DNA of 64,000 nucleotides from an uncultured Verrucomicrobiota bacterium. Lineage in GTDB: Bacteria > Verrucomicrobiota > Verrucomicrobiia > Limisphaerales > CAIQOK01. Made by a program: the position numbers and the translations under genes. This document shows, piece by piece, positions 10,636 to 20,948 of the stretch. Positions within the stretch are counted from its first letter, which is position 1, and every line of letters begins with the position of its first letter. The notes under the pieces are model-generated. The model had not been told where the DNA came from, did not search any database, and saw only the letters and a list, made by a program, of their open reading frames with translations. The stretch covers positions 8,144 through 72,143 of the forward strand of contig CAIQOK010000019.1 in assembly GCA_903873415.1 (NCBI GenBank), in the 5' to 3' direction.

Positions 10636-10979
10636 CTATTTGCGGTCGGGCATGTGCAATTTTTTGATGCCGGCGGCGAGACTCTTTAATTCCTTGGGCG
10701 GCAGATTATGACCACGCGTGGCGCAAAAAAGACCGGCAAGGCTTGCTGGAGAATAACATTGCCCGCCACATCCTCGGGGATTTCTCGACGTTGAATCGAC
10801 GTCTCGTCAATTAGCGCCAACCTGTCTGCGGGCGTCAGGTCAAAAAAATCAGACAAACGCTCCAGCACATCCGCATCGCCGGGCGGTGGGTTCACGCCGC
10901 GCTCCACTTTGCCCCAGCTGCTCGCAGAATTCACGCAAGCTAAGGCGTTTCTGGATGCGCATGGATTTGACAGTTTCGG
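10636..10979 (-). pseudogene. XRE-family HTH regulator pseudogene, 5' end cut by IS3
   Basis: Three frames give ETVKSMRIQKRLSLREFCEQLG / KVERGVNPPPGDADVLERLSDFF...LPVF / TRGHNLPPKELKSLAAGIKKL*; two frameshifts. Confidence 0.7.
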
Positions 10980-12341
10980 TGAGCTTATCCCCCAAATTCG
11001 GACCACCGGCTAAGTGAGACTTTTTGGTGTCTGATGGAATTCAGCCTAGGAAGGCGGCAGAGAAACAGACAACCAAATGAGAGCGGAACGACAGCGACAT
11101 TAATCGGCCTTCAAGGCCAAAGTAGGATTAGAAGCGCTGACAGGAGTCAAGACGGTGGCGGAGATTGCGCGGGAGTATCAGGTGCATCCGACACAGGTCA
11201 GCCAGTGGAAGCGGGCGATCTTGGATCGCAAGCCCGAAGTGTTTGAACACGGAACCGCGGCGCAAGCTCAGTCCTTCGAACGTGAAGTCGCCCGACTGGA
11301 GCAGAAGGTGGGACAACTGACGATGGAGCTGGACTGGCTTAAAAAAAGTCCGGACAACTGGGGCTGTAAGTGGTCAACGCCTGGAGTTGGTGTCTCCTGC
11401 GGCCGGTCTGAGTGTGCTGCAGCAGTGCGTCCTTTTGGGGGTTAGCCGCAGCGGCTACTACTACGCGCCATGTCCCGAAAGTCCCGAAAACCTGCGCTTG
11501 ATGCGCCGACTCGACGAGTTGCATTTGAAGCATCCGGTGTATGGACGCCCCCGCCTGACAGCGACCTTGCAGCGGAAAGGCTGGCCGGTGAAGGAGAAGC
11601 GCGTTGGGCGGTTGATGAAGGTGATGGATCTGAACGCGATCTATTGCAAACCTGGGACGAGTGCGCCCCAGCCGGGACACGAGATCTAACCTTATTTATT
11701 GAGGAGGAAGGCGATTACGGGTCCCAACCAGGTTTGGTGTGCAGACATCACCTCTATCCCGATAAAGCAAGGGTTCATGTATCTGATGGCGGTGATGGAT
11801 TGGTGGAGTCGCCATGTGCTGGCGTGGGAATTGAGCAACACGCTGGAGGCGGCTTTCTGTTTCCAGGCTTGGCAAGTGGCGCTGGCCAGAGGAACCCAAC
11901 CCCCACTGATTTCCAACACCGATAAGGGCAGTTCACCTCCCCCGAGTATGTCGGGGCCGTGGATGGACAACCGGTTTGGGAAACGGTTGTGGCGGAGCCT
12001 GAGGTATGAGGACATCTACCTGCGAGAGTATGAAAACGGACTGGCATTGCGCCGGGGCGTTGGGATCTGGTTTGGTAATTACAACGATTGGCGGCCTCAC
12101 CAAGCAGTGGGCCACGCCACGCCTTCTGAGGTGTATAACGCACCTGAATCACATGCTGATCGGTTTTGGCGCCAAAAAACTTGCGCACCCCAGGCAACAA
12201 CCGGTAGAGTCTGTCTCAGGAGGAGTTTCAGTTTTTTTCGCAGGGTTAAAATCAAGGAAAAACACCTCGACGCACCAAAAAATCACGCTGCTTTCATTTC
12301 CTCATTCGTGAGGGGAAATAATTTCAGTTGGTCAGGGCTCA
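10980..12341 (+). mobile_element. Inactivated IS3-family insertion sequence (orfA/orfB)
   Basis: Left end TGAGCTTATCCCCCAAATTCGGACCAC. orfA from ATG 11077 has a premature TAA at 11101. A7G -1 frameshift site at 11341-11348. orfB has a TAA at 11687, WCADIT, and a deletion in the DQGSQF..MDN region. Eroded right end TGGTC..GCTCA; no target duplication seen. Confidence 0.88.
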
Positions 12342-12447
12342 GAAGCTGAGAGCCTCGTTAGGAATTGAATACAGGTGGGAATTTCCAGGCCCGGTCGGGC
12401 ACGGAAGGGAGAACTCAAACCGGCGTTGCGCATTGAAAGGGGAAAGC

Positions 12448-13221
12448 ATGAACAGTTTCAATACCAAGCTTAACAACCAGCGCGCCGGGCAAACCCGGGG
12501 ACTGGAGACAAACCGGCAGGAATTGAAAACCCTCCCTCATTGTGTCTCGGATGATCTTCGAGGACTGCGAAGCCTCAAGTGGTGCAGCCGAATCCTTGCG
12601 GAAAAGTGCGGCGACTGTTTGGACTTGACGCCTCGGGATTATACCGACGAATTGCGCACCAGATGCCTGGAAATGAGCGGAATGAGCGGGGGCCTGGTTC
12701 AGCCAACCCGAGCAGTGCCCGCGCCGATGAATCTGGAAGGGATGTCTCTTTGCGCCTTGGTTCAAAAGATAACTAGGGACTTGAGTATGCCGAAGCCCAA
12801 GCGCTACCCCCGCTTTGAAATCGAGGAGGGAATCCGGGTGACCGGAGATAGTGGGCTGCTGAAAACGGCACTGGGGAATCTGGAGGAAAGCGCCTGTGAC
12901 CCTCCCGAAACACGGTCCGACGCGTTTCACCGGTCCGGCCGTGAAAAGCCACAAGGTAAGCCGCAGGCTCTCTTGATTGGCGGCAATGGGATCGGATTCG
13001 ACATGAGTTATTCCTGCAAGTTGTTCGCGTCCTTTGGGCGCCTGAATGCCGTGCGGGATTTTTTCGGCCTTGGTAGTGAACCGGCTCCAACAGCGCGCTT
13101 TCTCCAGCGCCACGGCGGCCGGATTTGGGCTGAGGCATTACCCGCCACAGGGGCTGTTGTTTATCTCACGCCGCCCAAGGAGCCGAAAAACGAAATCAAA
13201 GCCGTGCCACGGCGCAAATAA
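12448..13221 (+). CDS. Degenerate HisKA-HATPase sensor-kinase-like protein (pseudokinase or decaying gene)
   Basis: Collinear with classical kinases, but H-box is SDDLR, N-box NLEESA, G1 GGNGIG, G2 FFGLGSEPA; RHGGRIWAE retained; SD-like GAAAGGGG upstream. Confidence 0.65.
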   Translation: MNSFNTKLNNQRAGQTRGLETNRQELKTLPHCVSDDLRGLRSLKWCSRILAEKCGDCLDLTPRDYTDELRTRCLEMSGMSGGLVQPTRAVPAPMNLEGMSLCALVQKITRDLSMPKPKRYPRFEIEEGIRVTGDSGLLKTALGNLEESACDPPETRSDAFHRSGREKPQGKPQALLIGGNGIGFDMSYSCKLFASFGRLNAVRDFFGLGSEPAPTARFLQRHGGRIWAEALPATGAVVYLTPPKEPKNEIKAVPRRK

Positions 13222-13241
13222 AAGCCCCACGGTAAAAGGCA

Positions 13242-14456
13242 ATGGGAATGAAAACAAAACTTCGTGTCCTGCTGGTGGAAGACTCCGAAAACGACGCGGA
13301 ACTGCTCCTGCGCCAGCTGCGGCAGGGCGGCTTTGATCCGGTCAGCCTTAGGGTGGAAACAGCCGCAGACCTGACCAGCGCTTTGCGGGACGAGTGGGAC
13401 ATCATCCTGAGCGACTACCTGCTGCCGGAGTTTGACGGACTGACGGCGCTCAGATCCGTACATGCCACCGGCAGAGACCTGCCATTCATCCTGATCTCTG
13501 GTGCGGTAGGGGAGGAACTGGCCGTGATGGCAATGAAAGCCGGCGCGCATGATTTTCTTCTTAAGCACCAACTTTCCCGCCTTGCTCCGGCGGTGGAGCG
13601 CGAACTGCGCGACGCCATGGTCCGCAAGCAGCGCCAGCAGGCAGCCAAGGACCTGCAAAAGGAACGGGATGAACTGGAAAAACGGGTCCGAGAGCGCACC
13701 GCGGAGTTGTCAGGTCTGAACCGTGACCTGGAGGAACAAATCCGGCAGCGCCAGGCCGCCGAGCTGGCCCGCCGCAAACTGCTCCACCAGTTGGGTCTGG
13801 CCGAGGAGCGGGAACGCAGCCGCATCGCCCGCGAGCTGCACGACCAACTCGGGCAGGAACTCACAGCGGTGAAACTCCATCTTCATCTTTTGGAACAGCG
13901 CAACACCGACAGGCCGGAGGAACTGGCAGCCATCAGGCAAATCGCCGGCATGACCGACGGACTGATGCGCACCACGCAGCGGCTGGCCTGGGAGTTGAGA
14001 CCGGGGGTTCTTGATGCCTTGGGGCTGACACTGTCGCTCAAAAACCTCACCGCAGAGTGGTCTGCAAAAAACAACATCCCGGTGAGCCTGAAATTGCCTC
14101 CCCTCCCCGCCCAGCGTTTGCCCCTTGAGCTTGAAACCATTTCCTATCGCCTGGCCCAGGAAGCCCTGACCAACATCTCCCGACACGCCAAAGCCAACAC
14201 CGTGCGGATCCAACTCGAGCTATCCGGTGACGAGCTTTGCTTGGAAGTTCGCGACGACGGCTGCGGATTCGAACCCGACGCCATTCTCCGCACCTCTGAC
14301 CCGCGAGACCGGCTGGGTTTGCTGGGGATGCAGGAACGCGTCAACCTCATCGGCGGCAGATTGACAATCCACTCATCGCCCGGCCAAGGGACCGTGGTCT
14401 CGGCCCGGCTGCCGGTGACTGACTCCCAGGGAACCACTCAAGTGGAAGCGGGCTGA
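13242..14456 (+). CDS. Hybrid receiver + HisKA_3 + HATPase histidine kinase
   Basis: LLVEDSEND and SDYLLP receiver; RIARELHDQLGQ H-box; QEALTNISRHA; DDGCGF; LGLLGMQER. Confidence 0.92.
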   Translation: MGMKTKLRVLLVEDSENDAELLLRQLRQGGFDPVSLRVETAADLTSALRDEWDIILSDYLLPEFDGLTALRSVHATGRDLPFILISGAVGEELAVMAMKAGAHDFLLKHQLSRLAPAVERELRDAMVRKQRQQAAKDLQKERDELEKRVRERTAELSGLNRDLEEQIRQRQAAELARRKLLHQLGLAEERERSRIARELHDQLGQELTAVKLHLHLLEQRNTDRPEELAAIRQIAGMTDGLMRTTQRLAWELRPGVLDALGLTLSLKNLTAEWSAKNNIPVSLKLPPLPAQRLPLELETISYRLAQEALTNISRHAKANTVRIQLELSGDELCLEVRDDGCGFEPDAILRTSDPRDRLGLLGMQERVNLIGGRLTIHSSPGQGTVVSARLPVTDSQGTTQVEAG

Positions 14457-14597
14457 GCCAAATCCCAGCACTCAACGCGGGGGCGCAAGGCCGACAAACA
14501 AATAGCCCAGCCTCCCATAGAGCATCCTGCGCCCCGGATGCCGACATGCTTTCTTTCCGCACCCGTGTTTTCCTGCTTCCCTGTTTCGTCTGTTCGC

Positions 14598-14606
14598 TGC
14601 TACTTT
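14598..14606 (+). promoter_or_regulatory. Extended -10 promoter of trpS (probably leaderless)
   Basis: TGC-TACTTT ends 5 nt before ATG 14612; no SD. Confidence 0.5.
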
Positions 14607-14611
14607 TCCCC

Positions 14612-15577
14612 ATGCGCATTTTGTCCGGCATCCAGCCCTCAGGCACACTGCATCTCGGAAATTATTTCGGGATGATGCGGCCCGCCATCGAACTGCAAAA
14701 CCAGGGCGAGGCCTTCTATTTCATCGCCGATTACCATTCGATGACATCGCTCTTCGACGCCGCGCAGCGACGCAAGAACACGCTTGATGTGGCGCTGGAC
14801 TTTCTGGCGTGCGGACTGGACCCCAAGAAATCGGTCTTTTTCCGCCAGTCGGATGTGCCGGAGGTGACGGAACTTGCCTGGCTGCTCTCGACCGTCACGC
14901 CCATGGGCCTGCTGGAGCGCTGCCACAGTTTCAAGGACAAGTCCGCCAAGGGCATTCCGATCAACCACGGCCTGTTCGCCTATCCGGTCCTCATGGCGGC
15001 GGACATTTTGATTTACGACTCGAACCTCGTCCCGGTCGGCCAAGACCAGAAGCAGCACGTGGAGGTCACCCGCGACGTGGCCATCAAATTCAACGAGATC
15101 TACGGTCCCACTTTTGTGGTTCCCGAACCGCGCATACGGGAGGAAGTCGCCAAAGTGCCCGGCACCGACGGGGAAAAAATGAGCAAAAGCTACGGCAACA
15201 CCATCGACCTGTTCGGCGAGGAAAAGGCGCTGCGCAAGAAAATCATGGGCATCCTCATGGACAGCCGGACTCCGGCCGAGCCGAAACCCGATGCGGATAA
15301 AAATCTGGCCGTCCAACTGCTTCGCCTAGTCGCTCCGCCCGCCGTGGCGGCGGAGTTGGAGGAGCGCTTGCGAGCCGGCGGATTGGGCTATGGCGATTTG
15401 AAGAAGGCTCTGTTTGAAAACTATTGGAACACGTTTGCCGAGGCGCGTACCCGGCGGGCCGGGTTGGCCGCCAACTTGGACTATGTCAATCAGGTCCTTG
15501 CGGACGGAGCAATCAGGGCCCGGATACTGGCCCAAACGGTTTTGAAACGGGCCCGCAAGGCCGCCGGGCTGGAATGA
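14612..15577 (+). CDS. trpS: Tryptophanyl-tRNA synthetase
   Basis: SGIQPSGTLHLGNY, YPVLMAADIL, VPVGQDQKQH, KMSKS. Confidence 0.97.
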   Translation: MRILSGIQPSGTLHLGNYFGMMRPAIELQNQGEAFYFIADYHSMTSLFDAAQRRKNTLDVALDFLACGLDPKKSVFFRQSDVPEVTELAWLLSTVTPMGLLERCHSFKDKSAKGIPINHGLFAYPVLMAADILIYDSNLVPVGQDQKQHVEVTRDVAIKFNEIYGPTFVVPEPRIREEVAKVPGTDGEKMSKSYGNTIDLFGEEKALRKKIMGILMDSRTPAEPKPDADKNLAVQLLRLVAPPAVAAELEERLRAGGLGYGDLKKALFENYWNTFAEARTRRAGLAANLDYVNQVLADGAIRARILAQTVLKRARKAAGLE

Positions 15578-15638
15578 TCCGGGTGAAACCAACTCCTCAA
15601 ACCGATTCCAACACCTCACCCGGCAGGGATAAGTTTGG

Positions 15639-16391
15639 TCAGCGTGAATGCTGCAGAAACCACTCGAAGAGCGCCGGGTTGGAGTAGGTTTGGGTCCAAC
15701 TGTCATGCTGAGCTTCGGGATAAACCGTGAGCTTCACCTCCCTCACACCCTTGTTTTTCAACATCCCCACCATGCGCTCGGATTCCCCGACCGGGACGAC
15801 CGGGTCTTTGGCCCCATGAAAAGCCCAGATAGGCAGAGAGACTAGGCTGGCTTTGTCGGCCAGCAACGGGGTGATCCATTCTCCGCCACCGCAGATTGGG
15901 GCGATGGCGGCAAAACGCTCAGGATGGCTTAAGCCCAAGCTCCACGTGCCAAACCCGCCCATGCTCAGGCCGGTCAGGTAAACCCGGTGCGCATCGACGG
16001 CATATTTGCACTCAATTTCCTCCAACAGGGCGAGCAGCAAGTCGTTGGACCAGATCTTGCCCTCCGGACATTGGGGCGAAACCAGAATAAAAGGGAAACT
16101 GGCGTCGGCCGCGGCAATCTTTGGCGGACCATGCCGGGCGACACGCTGCAAATCCGAGCCCCGTTCGCCGGCGCCATGCAAAAAGAGAATGAAAGGCCAG
16201 CGCTTCGCGGAATCCGCGCCGTAGCCGGCCGGCAGAAACAGCAGATATTGGGCGGCGAGCACCTGTTTGCGTTCGAGGGAGAAGTGCCGGGCGACTTGGC
16301 CGGGCATCGTGGCGGCGGTCTGTTTCATACCAGTGCAGGCAGGCAATCCAAGCAGGGACAGCAGGAGCAAAAACGGCTTGAGGTTTCGCAT
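15639..16391 (-). CDS. Predicted peptidase/carboxylesterase lipoprotein (alpha/beta hydrolase)
   Basis: Lipobox LPAC; FLHGAGERG; TGLSMGG; FHGAKD; HDSW. Confidence 0.85.
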   Translation of the reverse strand: MRNLKPFLLLLSLLGLPACTGMKQTAATMPGQVARHFSLERKQVLAAQYLLFLPAGYGADSAKRWPFILFLHGAGERGSDLQRVARHGPPKIAAADASFPFILVSPQCPEGKIWSNDLLLALLEEIECKYAVDAHRVYLTGLSMGGFGTWSLGLSHPERFAAIAPICGGGEWITPLLADKASLVSLPIWAFHGAKDPVVPVGESERMVGMLKNKGVREVKLTVYPEAQHDSWTQTYSNPALFEWFLQHSR

Positions 16392-16394
16392 GGG

Positions 16395-17366
16395 TCACAT
16401 GATTTTAAGCTTCGGCAAGTCTTGGGAATCCACCAAGCCCACCGGCTCCCGCTTGGCGTTGACAACAACAAGATCGTCGATATTCCGTTCGTTGAAAATT
16501 TTCAGGGCCTCCGCCGCCAGGGCGTCCTGACGGATGCAAATCGGGTTGACGGTCATCACCCTCTTCAACGGCTGCGCCAGCAGATCCGACTCGGTGGCCA
16601 TGTGGCGGCGGAAATCACCGTCAGTAAAGACGCCGGTGAGTTTGCCTCGTGAATTGACCACGCTTAGGCTGCCGGAGCGGGAGCGGGTCATTACCATCAA
16701 TGCGTCCTTGACGGACAAGGTTTCCGGCGCGACGGCGTTGCGATTGCCGGTGCGCATGATGTCGCCAACCCGCAGCAGAAGGGCGCGACCGATGGCGCCG
16801 GAGGGGTGGAACTTGGCAAAGTCGCCCTGCTTGAATCCGCGCGCCTGCAGCACCGCCATCGCCAAGGCATCGCCCATGACGAGGGTGGCCGTGGTGCTTG
16901 CGGTGGGGGCCAGATTGAAGGGGCACGCCTCGCGGGGCACTTTCACGCTCAGTGAAATCTCACTGTGCTTGGCCAGAGAAGATTTGAGGTCGCCGGTAAG
17001 CGAAATGAGGGTGACGGAAAAACGCTTCAAGGCCGGAAGCAAGTTGAGCAATTCCTCCGACTCGCCCGAGTAACTCAAGGCCAGAACCACGTCGCCGTCG
17101 CTGACCAATCCCAGGTCGCCATGCAGGGCGTCGACGCTATTTAAGACCACGCTGGTCGACCCGGTGCTGGTGAGGGTGGCGGCGATTTTGCGGCCGATGT
17201 TGCCGGATTTGCCGACACCCACCACCACGATTTTACCGCGCCGCCCGAGCGCCGCCACGATGGCGCAGACTGCCTGATCAAAGCCCCCATCCAGCTGAGC
17301 CCGCACCGCCTTGATTGCGGCCAGCTCAATATCAAAGACTTGGCGGGCGTGTTTGATGGAATTCAT
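16395..17366 (-). CDS. kdsD: Arabinose-5-phosphate isomerase (KpsF/GutQ: SIS + 2 CBS)
   Basis: GVGKSG, HGDLG, SYSGE, EACPFNLAPTAST, FHPSG, CBS pair. Confidence 0.93.
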   Translation of the reverse strand: MNSIKHARQVFDIELAAIKAVRAQLDGGFDQAVCAIVAALGRRGKIVVVGVGKSGNIGRKIAATLTSTGSTSVVLNSVDALHGDLGLVSDGDVVLALSYSGESEELLNLLPALKRFSVTLISLTGDLKSSLAKHSEISLSVKVPREACPFNLAPTASTTATLVMGDALAMAVLQARGFKQGDFAKFHPSGAIGRALLLRVGDIMRTGNRNAVAPETLSVKDALMVMTRSRSGSLSVVNSRGKLTGVFTDGDFRRHMATESDLLAQPLKRVMTVNPICIRQDALAAEALKIFNERNIDDLVVVNAKREPVGLVDSQDLPKLKIM

Positions 17367-17435
17367 CACGTCGAGAATGGGCCGAAGGGTCGTTGATTTC
17401 AACCGGTTTTCCGAAGATGCCTGCGACCGGACGAC

Positions 17436-17897
17436 TCACCATAGAAATGACTTCTGCTCGTCGAGCTGGGCTCCATCCTCGGAGATGGTGGCGCGCCAGG
17501 CGGTGACCTCGCCGAATTTCCGGAACTCCTCGCCGGTCATCGGCAAGGAAACCCAATGGCTGAAGAAGCCGGGCTTGACCTCGGTTTCCAGAACCATCTG
17601 GGTGGGCAGCTGTCCATTGGCCGTGCCGCGCAATTCCAACCGAAGCTTCAGCGGAGCGCGGGCAGGGCCTCGGGCCTTCCACCAGACGTCGAACCGGAGG
17701 CCCGAGCGGCGTTCCGGATGCTCCCGAAGAATCGCCTGATATGCGTCGCGCTCAAAGAGGCTGGGGGAAAGCGTGTGCTTGCCATTGAGATCTAGAAATT
17801 GAGGAAGAACCTTGAGCACCCGGGCACTCGCCGCCACCGCCGGAAAGGCCGCCGCAGTCAAGGCACAGAACAAACATAGGAAAAAGGATCGGCGCAC
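17436..17897 (-). CDS. Exported hypothetical protein
   Basis: Signal peptide then KVLPQFLD..HTLSPSLFERDAYQ..AWRATI..KSFLW; GTG start 7 nt after a TAAATT -10 box. Confidence 0.7.
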   Translation of the reverse strand: MRRSFFLCLFCALTAAAFPAVAASARVLKVLPQFLDLNGKHTLSPSLFERDAYQAILREHPERRSGLRFDVWWKARGPARAPLKLRLELRGTANGQLPTQMVLETEVKPGFFSHWVSLPMTGEEFRKFGEVTAWRATISEDGAQLDEQKSFLW

Positions 17898-17997
17898 GTC
17901 GGCCAATTTACCGGCTGCCGTTTCAAACTCAACAGGTTTTCTCCGCAAACACTCCAGCCTTGCGCCGCCCCAACGCCTGACCGAGCCTCACCCAAGT

Positions 17998-18537
17998 ATG
18001 ACCAAACCCCATCCCCCACGGGATCTGCAAATCGTCCGCGCCTCGACGGAGGACATCCCCGCTGTGGCGGCCCTGGCCGGCGTTATTTGGCGGGCGCATT
18101 ATCCAGGCATTATTTCCCCGGCCCAGATCGAGTTCATGCTGGAAAAGATGTATGCTGCGGCCGTCCTGAAGGAAGAACTCACCCATAGAAAAATCCATTT
18201 TGAAAGGTTGTTGGCCGGCCGCGAATTCATCGGATTCGCCGCCTGGGGCCCGGGGCCGGCTCACCACATAGGCAGGCTGCACAAACTCTATCTGCATCCA
18301 GACTGGCATGGCCGCGGACTGGGCAGCCGGTTGCTGCAACACTGCCAGGATGAGGCCCGGCGCAGCGGGATGCGGCAACTTATTCTCACGGTAAACAAAC
18401 GGAATACAAAGGGGATTGCCGCCTACACGCGCAACGGCTTTGAGGTGACCGCTGGCGTGGTCACAGATTTCGGAGGCGGTTTCCTGTTGGACGACTTCGT
18501 GATGGCCAAAGATCTGGGAGCCTCTGTCAGGCAATAA
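17998..18537 (+). CDS. GNAT-family N-acetyltransferase
   Basis: KLYLHPDWHGRGLGSRL acetyl-CoA motif A; VNKRN..AY.RNGF. Confidence 0.88.
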   Translation: MTKPHPPRDLQIVRASTEDIPAVAALAGVIWRAHYPGIISPAQIEFMLEKMYAAAVLKEELTHRKIHFERLLAGREFIGFAAWGPGPAHHIGRLHKLYLHPDWHGRGLGSRLLQHCQDEARRSGMRQLILTVNKRNTKGIAAYTRNGFEVTAGVVTDFGGGFLLDDFVMAKDLGASVRQ

Positions 18538-18768
18538 GAAGCCATGGCCCCGGATGAAAAGCGGATTTCTTCCGGAGTGGAAGCTGATCCGGCTTGATTC
18601 ATCACACATCCCCGTGCGGCATGCAACCAGGCACCCAGCGTCCGGTGAACGCGCCGGATGACCCGCGACTCCTGCAACGACCGATACCAAGACGCTGTCG
18701 GAAAAGCATTTCAATGACTGAATCCGGAGCTGCGCCCAATTCCCCGGTTACGCCCCCTATTCGTCAGG

Positions 18769-19908
18769 TCAGTCGAGCGTCTGCCGGTAGCGTTTGATCC
18801 CCAGCGCCACCATCCCCAGAGCGAAGAGGGCAATGGGCCAGAGATCCCGAGCAATCTCGGAGAGGCCGTTGCCTTTGAGTAAAATCCCGCGAACCACCCG
18901 CAGAAAATGGGTCAGCGGGAGGACTTCGCCGATCCGCTGGGCCCAAAGCGGCATACCGCGGAAGGGGAACATGTAGCCGGAAAGGAGCAGGGAGGGCAGG
19001 AAGAAGAAGAAGGCCATTTGCACGGCCTGCAGCTGGTTTTTGGCCACCGTGGAAAACATGATGCCTACGGCCAGATTGGCGGTGATGAAAAGCAATACCA
19101 GGGACAAAAGGAGGGGCACGCTGCCCACTATCGGCACATGAAAGAGGTATTTGGAGGCCAGCAGGATGAGAAAAACCTGGACATAACCGACGGCGATATA
19201 AGGAACAATCTTGCCCAGGATGACCTCTCCGGGATGAACCGGGGTGGAGAGCAGATTTTCCATTGTTCCCCGCTCGCGCTCCCGGGTGATGGCTAGCGCT
19301 GTGATCATAACCATCGTCATCGTGAGCATCACTCCCATCAGGCCTGGGACAATGTTGTATTGGGTGATATTCTCTGGATTGTAATGGGGATGGGTGACCA
19401 GGCGGAACGGGGCGGGAGAGGGGCGCAATCGGTTCAAGGGCCCGGTCAGATCACGATTCAATACGCTCTGGGTGAGGGAGTTGATGGCTGAAATCGCAAA
19501 GCCCACCGCCGAGGGATCGGTCGCATCGGCCTCAAGCAGCAGCTCGGGTTGTTCACCGCGCAGAAGTTTGCGCGAAAAATCCACCGGGATATGCACGGCG
19601 AACTGCACGGAGCCCTGCGCAAGCATGCGCTGGATTTCCCCCTCGTTGCGAGGCTCCCGCACGATGTCGAAGTAGCTGCTGTTGCGCAAAGCCCAAACCA
19701 GGGTGCGCGAAAAAACACTGTTATCCGCCGAATACACCGCCGTGGGCAAATGCTTCGGATCCGAATTGATCGCAAACCCGAAGAGGATCAGCTGGATCAT
19801 AGGAATCCCGATCATCATGGCGAAGGTGACGCGGTCACGGCGCATCTGGATGAACTCCTTGGAGACCATGGCCCAGAAGCGGCGCGGGTTAAACTCGCGG
19901 ATTTTCAC
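18769..19908 (-). CDS. ABC-2 type exporter permease (YbhR/YbhS-like)
   Basis: KEFIQMRRD, IVPGLMG, RERERGTMENLL, LSGYMFPF; GTG start overlaps the ATPase stop. Confidence 0.92.
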   Translation of the reverse strand: MKIREFNPRRFWAMVSKEFIQMRRDRVTFAMMIGIPMIQLILFGFAINSDPKHLPTAVYSADNSVFSRTLVWALRNSSYFDIVREPRNEGEIQRMLAQGSVQFAVHIPVDFSRKLLRGEQPELLLEADATDPSAVGFAISAINSLTQSVLNRDLTGPLNRLRPSPAPFRLVTHPHYNPENITQYNIVPGLMGVMLTMTMVMITALAITRERERGTMENLLSTPVHPGEVILGKIVPYIAVGYVQVFLILLASKYLFHVPIVGSVPLLLSLVLLFITANLAVGIMFSTVAKNQLQAVQMAFFFFLPSLLLSGYMFPFRGMPLWAQRIGEVLPLTHFLRVVRGILLKGNGLSEIARDLWPIALFALGMVALGIKRYRQTLD

Positions 19909-20828
19909 ACGAAATTGTCCTTGGCCGCATCCATAAGGCTGATGAACACATCCTCCAAACCGGGTTCGATTTCTTCCCAGCGGTGGCCCGGGGTCATGAC
20001 GGGCATGAGGCTGGAGCGCAACCGTGCGGCATCCCGCCCGCTGACATGCAAGGTGGCGCCGAAAGCGACAACCTGCTCCACAGCCGGCAGGGCGCGCAAG
20101 TGCTCGGCTAGTGCCGGCAGATCCGGCCCGGCCACCTGCCAGGTGCTTAACCCGCCCGCCGCCACCACTTCCCCCACCGTGCCTCGGGCCAGCAGACGTC
20201 CATACGCAATATAGGCAAGCCGGTGGCACCGCTCCGCCTCGTCCATATAATGGGTGGTCACCAAAGCCGTGAGCCCCGAGGCGGCCAGTTGGTGGATCTG
20301 CTCCCAAAACTCCCGGCGGGCCTTGGGATCAACCCCCGCCGTCGGCTCGTCCAGCAGGAGCAATTGAGGTTCATGAATCAGGCAGGCGGACAAGGCCAAC
20401 CGCTGCTTCCACCCTCCAGATAAGGATCCGGCCATCTGTCGGCGCCGGGCCGTCATGCCGAGGCGCTCCAGACTTTTTTCCACCGCCTCTTTGCGCCGGG
20501 ACACACCGTAAATGCGCGCGATAAAATCAAGATTCTCCTCCAGCGTCAGGTCCTCGTAAAAACTGAACCTCTGGGTCATGTAGCCGACCTGTTTCTTAAT
20601 CTTGGCCGCCTCCGTCCGGATATCCAATCCCAGGCAGCGGCCACTGCCGCCGTCCGGTATAAGCAGGCCGCAAAGCATGCGCAGGAAGGTGGTCTTGCCG
20701 CTCCCGTTCGGACCGAGAAACCCATAAATCTCGCCGCGTCGCACCTGCATCGGAATATTGTCCACCACCGTGCGCCCGCCAAAGCGCTTGCTGATGCCCT
20801 CGACATCAATGACCAGTGGGGAATCCAT
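19905..20828 (-). CDS. ABC exporter ATP-binding subunit (YbhF-like)
   Basis: GPNGSGKTT, LSGG, LLLLDEPT, TTHYMDEAE. Confidence 0.95.
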   Translation of the reverse strand: MDSPLVIDVEGISKRFGGRTVVDNIPMQVRRGEIYGFLGPNGSGKTTFLRMLCGLLIPDGGSGRCLGLDIRTEAAKIKKQVGYMTQRFSFYEDLTLEENLDFIARIYGVSRRKEAVEKSLERLGMTARRRQMAGSLSGGWKQRLALSACLIHEPQLLLLDEPTAGVDPKARREFWEQIHQLAASGLTALVTTHYMDEAERCHRLAYIAYGRLLARGTVGEVVAAGGLSTWQVAGPDLPALAEHLRALPAVEQVVAFGATLHVSGRDAARLRSSLMPVMTPGHRWEEIEPGLEDVFISLMDAAKDNFV

Positions 20829-20948
20829 TTCAGAGGTGGCTGAAGCAAAAATGTCCGCAGCCGGAAAATCCGGTCTTGAAACCTGCAAGAATGATTTTGC
20901 ATCCCGTGCCTGCGGACCAACCAGCTTTTCGGTTCTTGGGGAGGGCGT

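Noticed and set aside
11101-11689. In-frame TAA codons in IS3 as evidence of stop-codon recoding
   Set aside because: TAA ends many ordinary genes in this window, and the element has other inactivating deletions
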